A stretch of 64,000 bases of DNA from Candidatus Poribacteria bacterium (lineage in GTDB: Bacteria > Poribacteria > WGA-4E > WGA-3G): contig CBDANF010000003.1 of assembly GCA_965197475.1 (NCBI GenBank), positions 2,464,001 to 2,528,000 of the forward strand, written 5' to 3'. Shown piece after piece: positions 60,906-64,000 of this stretch (its first letter is position 1; every line of letters starts with the position of its first letter). A program made the position numbers and the translations under genes. Under the pieces are notes generated by a model. The model had not been told where the DNA came from. It worked only from the letters and a program-made list of their open reading frames with translations, and ran no database searches.

Positions 60906-62485
60906 GTTCCTGCCGATTTTGAAAAAGCAAAGCAGACAGTGTTACCAGATGCTATTTCCTCAGTTGAAGAGGTGACGACCGACCTTGTGAGTTACCTCCA
61001 AGGTATGACTATCTTTGGTCACCCTCGCACACAACAAAATGTAATTGCGCCGACAACAATTCCGAGTCTAATAGGAGTACTCCTTGCTTCTCTACATAAT
61101 CCTAACCTTTGTTGGGATGAATCCAGTCGATTAGTAGCGTTGGCAGAAGTTGAAGTCGTTGCCATGACATCAAAATTGATCGGATACGATCCGGAACAGT
61201 CAGGTGGTGTGTTTACCTTTGGTGGAACCGGAACGACACTCTACGGAGTGAAAATCGGGTTAGAAAAAGCATGTCCGGAAACGATGCATAAAGGTACACC
61301 AGAAGATGCAGTCGTTTTCGTGTCAGATGCAGGACATTACTGTGCTGCGAATATTACGGGTTGGCTCGGAATAGGCACAAACAATCTGATTACTATTCCG
61401 ACAACTGTTGAAAACGAAATTGACCTTGAATTACTTGAGCAAGAGTTGCAAAAAGCACTCACGAATGGAAAAAAGATTGCCTGTATTATTGCTACATTGG
61501 GTACTACCGATGCATTCGGTTTGGACAATTTACTGCAAATCGTTGCTTTGCGAGAAACCCTTGTTGATGAATTTGAACTTGACTATCAACCGCATATCCA
61601 CGCTGACGCTGTCATCGGATGGGCATGGTTTGTGTTCAATAACTACGATTTTGAGGAGAACCTTTTAGGATTTCGTCCGCGCACCATCCGCGCTTTAGCA
61701 GGTGCCTGCAGAAGGATACAACACCTTTCCCTTGCAGATTCTGTCGGCATTGACTTCCACAAAACTGGCTTCGCGCCTTATATTTCCAGCCTCATACTAG
61801 TCAAAAATCAAGCTGATCTGGATATGTTGAAAAGGTCTCCTGAACAGATGCCCTATCTCTATCACTTTGGACAGTATCGTCCCGGAATGTTCACGCTTGA
61901 AACCTCAAGAGCTGGTACAGGAACTCTTGCTGCCCTTGCTAATCTACGATTGTTCGGGGAAGAAGGGTTGCGCGCTATTCTTGGACACATCGTTGAAATG
62001 ACGCAACTTCTACGAGAACATCTGGGAGGACACGAAGGCACAACCGTCCTGAATCGGGGAAATTTCGGGACTGTTACACTTTTCCGTGCTTATCCAGTCG
62101 GTGTAGATACATTTGAAATCAAACGGCAGGAATTTGAAGATGCTGCTAATCGGGACATTTTAATTGCACACAACGTTTACAATCGCGAAATCTTCCAATA
62201 CGTGAATTCTGAGGCGATGGAAGGTCGGGGTGTTTTCATCTCCACAACAGACTGCTACCGTAAAACCGCTTATGGAGAGCCAATTGTCGCCTTAAAATCG
62301 TTGGCTCATGTAAAGAATGAGTGCTAATGAAAAAGTTTAACCCGCTTGGTCATTGTCTTCATTAAAAACAACCGCACACATTCTTTACATGAGCGAAATC
62401 GTTTATCCTATCCCCGTTTGTTGATGAAGAAGATGTGAAAACAGTGGTTGCGAAGGTATTGGAAGCGAGGGAAGCAATTAGTTGA
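60906..62485 (+). pseudogene. Group II PLP-dependent decarboxylase; 5' end probably lost, MITE inserted near 3' end
   Basis: FGGTG, TLGTTD, IHADA, DS...DFHK; removing the MITE restores ALKSFILSPFVDE...EAIS*. Confidence 0.85.
62303..62395. mobile_element. 93-bp MITE with 8-bp TSD AAATCGTT
   Basis: TIR GCTCATGTAAAGAATG / CATTCTTTACATGAGC; TSD at 62295-62302 and 62396-62403. Confidence 0.92.
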
Positions 62486-62507
62486 AGTGTTGCAATATAC
62501 ACTTCAA
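62482..62507. terminator. Hairpin between the convergent decarboxylase and tmRNA-like gene
   Basis: TTGAAGTGT-N8-ACACTTCAA perfect 9-bp stem; no U-tract. Confidence 0.55.
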
Positions 62508-62589
62508 TGGAGGTGGTGGGAATTGAACCCACTTCCGGAGGAATTTGAAAGCGACCATGCTTTCGCCTCCGTCGAATCCATTCACCCCC
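62508..62589 (-). ncRNA. Minimal tmRNA-like RNA (tRNA-like domain only)
   Basis: GGGGGTG/CACCTCC-A acceptor with G3-U70; AATGGATTCGAC D-loop; CGGAGG/CCTCCG helix 2a; GTGGG-TTCAATT-CCCAC T-arm; no tag ORF. Confidence 0.75.
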
Positions 62590-62608
62590 GTGTACAAATA
62601 TAAATATA

Positions 62609-62638
62609 AGGATACCATATTCGCACCCACAATATCAA
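62609..62638 (-). promoter_or_regulatory. Sigma70-type promoter of the tmRNA-like gene
   Basis: TTGATA-N18-TATCCT with extended -10 TG, 19 nt upstream of G1. Confidence 0.55.
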
Positions 62639-62736
62639 GTGAATAGCTCTGGTCAGACACCAATTTGTTGACTTTGCTAAGTGTCTGTGATAACCTATGT
62701 TTATAATAATCAGATTGGAAGGAATAGTTATAGTTA

Positions 62737-63774
62737 ATGGAACATTGGATTGAACAACTTATTGGTGGATTACCCAACGTAGTCCTTTTTCTAATTATTG
62801 CGGTGATGCTTTATACACTCGGCAAAGGCGCAGACTGGCTTGTTGATGAAGCGGTTGTGCTTTCAACCCGATGGGGTTTAGGGAAAGCGATTATCGGTGC
62901 TACGATTGTGAGTATTGGGACAACAACACCTGAGGCTGCGGTCTCCGTGCTGTCTGCAGTACAAGGAAAACCGGGACTTGCACTCGGAAACGCAGTCGGT
63001 TCGATTATATGTGACACTGGACTTATTTTAGGATTAGCATCGCTGATTGCACCGTTATCGTTCAACCGTCAGTTAGCATCGCGCTTGTCCAATGTTCAGG
63101 TGAGTGCTGGTATTCTCTTGGTATTAGCATGTATTCCGTGGTCTTCCCCTATGGAAGTCTTTAAACAAGGTGGCGTACTTCCACAATTTATAGGATTCAT
63201 CTTTGTTGTACTGTTAGGGTTGTATATCTGGCAGTCTATCCGATGGGCAGGTTCAACAACACCCGATCCTGAAGACGAAGAGAAGGCAGAATCAGGTGGA
63301 TCAAGTACTTCCCTTACACTTCTGAAACTCATCGGGTCAATCGCAATCGTCGTAATTTCTGCCCAAATTCTCATTCCGACTGTAAGTATTCTTGCTACAA
63401 GATTTAAGGTGCCAGAATCAATTATTTCGTTAACATTGGTAGCATTCGGCACTTCACTCCCAGAACTTGTAACAGCAATTACAGCAGTTAGGCGTGGGCA
63501 TGGTGAGTTAGCGGTCGGTAACATCATCGGTGCGGATATTCTGAACGTGCTTTTTGTGGCAGGGGTTTCTGCAGCAGCGACAAGAGGTGGGTTAGTAGCA
63601 GACGCACATTTTTTCCTATTCGCTTTCCCCGCAATGTTGTTTATCTTAATAGTTTTCCGATACGGTATTTTCGTTTCAGGTAGCCAGTTAAAACGTCCTT
63701 TTGGGGTTGTTTTAGTCGCAGTCTGGCTTGTAGTACAAATCCTCAGTGGTGTTTTGGGAATAGGGGTGCGTTAG
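62737..63774 (+). CDS. Sodium/calcium antiporter (CaCA, YrbG-like)
   Basis: Alpha repeats GTTTPE..GNAVGS and GTSLPE..GNIIGA. Confidence 0.92.
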   Translation: MEHWIEQLIGGLPNVVLFLIIAVMLYTLGKGADWLVDEAVVLSTRWGLGKAIIGATIVSIGTTTPEAAVSVLSAVQGKPGLALGNAVGSIICDTGLILGLASLIAPLSFNRQLASRLSNVQVSAGILLVLACIPWSSPMEVFKQGGVLPQFIGFIFVVLLGLYIWQSIRWAGSTTPDPEDEEKAESGGSSTSLTLLKLIGSIAIVVISAQILIPTVSILATRFKVPESIISLTLVAFGTSLPELVTAITAVRRGHGELAVGNIIGADILNVLFVAGVSAAATRGGLVADAHFFLFAFPAMLFILIVFRYGIFVSGSQLKRPFGVVLVAVWLVVQILSGVLGIGVR

Positions 63775-63824
63775 AAACTTAAGACGATTTAGATTTGACA
63801 GAAATTGGTTTGTGATTAGCCTTA

Positions 63825-64000
63825 TTAAAATGGAGGTGCGGTCAAACGCACAAACGAGCGCGACACCTCATCCAACTCATCCCGAACAGTCGTATCCAAT
63901 TCCCAACCAACACCACCAAGGGTATCATCCAGTTGTTCAATCGTATCACTTCCACTGATAGCGACGGTGACTTCGGGATGTGATACCACCCAAGCCACTG
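63825..64000 (-). CDS. Aldo/keto reductase, C-terminal part
   Basis: Manual translation VAWVVSHPEVTVAISGSDTIEQLDDTLGGVGWEL...ELDEVS. Confidence 0.8.
   Translation of the reverse strand, partial: VAWVVSHPEVTVAISGSDTIEQLDDTLGGVGWELDTTVRDELDEVSRSFVRLTAPPF

Noticed and set aside
62508-62589. Ordinary tRNA or prophage att fragment
   Set aside because: No D-stem or 7-nt anticodon loop; att duplications normally retain only one end of ssrA, whereas both paired ends are present; no integrase nearby.

Overview
Bacterial chromosomal segment. The gene style (many signal-peptide WD40 proteins with an 'LPEGAK.R.GKG' N-terminus, ECF sigma cassettes, dense MITE/REP mosaics) suggests Candidatus Poribacteria; this is inference only. 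An intact minus-strand core (about 19-43 kb) carries a tRNA cluster (all four Ser isoacceptors, Arg-ACG, Ala-CGC), tadA, large-type SRP RNA, dnaX-ybaB-recR, mnmG-rsmG, a partner-switching signalling operon, galK and a ROK kinase. It is flanked by decaying accessory regions with nested IS1595, IS5-like and IS630 elements, several MITE families wrapped around GTAG-type REP palindromes, and many pseudogenes. The most notable observations are: (1) an 82-nt tmRNA-like gene at 62508-62589 consisting only of the tRNA-like domain (G3-U70, tmRNA D-loop, T-arm), with its own promoter and terminator but no tag reading frame; (2) a promoter-driven, pseudoknotted leader RNA at 8852-8990 inside an IS1595 element that could switch the RBS of a small membrane-protein cargo gene; (3) structured IS1595 transposase leaders sharing a motif with that RNA. 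No CRISPR array or rRNA was seen.
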